From NCBI RefSeq assembly GCF_018977255.1, contig NW_024704805.1:248001-312000 (forward strand): DNA of 64,000 nucleotides, written 5' to 3'. Positions within the stretch are counted from its first letter, which is position 1, and each line of letters starts with the position of its first letter. The position numbers and the translations under genes are program-made. The stretch comes from Callorhinchus milii (lineage: Eukaryota). Below, one piece after another: positions 63,287-64,000 of the stretch. Below the pieces are notes generated by a model, which was given only the letters and a program-made list of their open reading frames with translations, was not told the origin of the DNA and did not search any database.

Positions 63287-63384
63287 AGTTTTTGCACCTC
63301 GTAGAACGAGATCTGTGGGACTGTGGTATGGACACACAGAATACACAGAAGATGGAACTGGAACCAAAGTAACTGTAACGAAAT
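63287..63384 (+). other. J segment of NAR-TCR cassette 2 (coding 63326-63384) with 23-RSS
   Basis: AGTTTTTGC, 23 bp, GACTGTG, then YGHTEYTEDGTGTKVTVTK and a phase-1 donor GTTAGT. Confidence 0.9.
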
Positions 63385-64000
63385 GTTAGTGAGAAAAAAA
63401 TTCTATCGAATTGCAATTACATTTTATTCACAATAATATGTAAAATGCATTTTTCGAACTCATTGCTTCCAATTGTATGCCACTGTGCCATTTTAGCAAT
63501 ACACTTGAGCAATCTTAAAAAAAATGTTTATAATGTGGAAAACATTATGCAGCTTCCAGTGTGAAGCTTGCTTCTGAAATAACCTGCTTTTATTTCCGTG
63601 TTACGTAAAGTCACCGACTTTGCCTGGACATCGTTTCCAGCTGAATATGCCCAGAGGACGTATTTCAATTTAATGGATGTAACCAATTCACGTAGCCTCT
63701 GCCAGATCGAAATACTGTCCAGAATCCCCTCTATCCACCCGAGCGGAGTAAAAAGGCGAAATCCTCGGAACTGAATTGGCTCCAAGGTTACATGATTTGG
63801 AAGAGCAGTACACTAACTGGGGAAATAGTCTCTTACCACTCCGCTCCCATTAACCCTGCAAGGAAAAGTGGCAATGTTTTGTACGTTTTTCCAAGCTGGA
63901 CTAGCAGTGGCATAGTTCGCAAGAGATTATTTTCAACGACAAGCTTTGCAGCATGTTTCCAATGGGGGTGAATAGTGTAAATTCTAGGGGCATATTGTTA

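Noticed and set aside
1-64000. IgH-like V (TAILV-type), TCR constant exons, conventional D-delta/J-alpha segments, CRISPR or prokaryotic systems
   Set aside because: No VH-type WVRQ/GKGLEW motif, no FGxG J with a 12-RSS, no C1-set exon and no spacer-repeat array was seen. The recurring similar sequences are SINEs and V paralogs.

Overview
Vertebrate genomic DNA that reads as part of the variable-gene array of a cartilaginous-fish T-cell receptor alpha/delta locus; all gene segments lie on the + strand. I find 9 conventional V genes with open leader and V exons plus a 23-bp-spacer RSS, 9 V pseudogenes and one remnant. Embedded among them are two IgNAR-like V-D-J cassettes (48.3-49.9 kb and 61.8-63.4 kb; RSS spacers 22, 12/12 and 23). 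The first is followed by an apparently leaderless, Cys-rich supporting V (52.0-52.4 kb) and a decayed duplicate of it. This is the architecture of the doubly rearranging NAR-TCR (NARTCR) delta chain. An intact two-exon class A GPCR (GPR139/142-like) sits inside the array at 12.6-16.0 kb. Intergenic DNA is rich in a tRNA-derived SINE with an L2-type tail, L2 and CR1 LINE fragments, microsatellites and locally duplicated blocks, some carrying CTCF-like motifs. There are three assembly gaps. No C exon or conventional TCR D/J segment was seen, so alpha versus delta usage of each V cannot be assigned. Coordinates were counted by hand; repeat boundaries are approximate.
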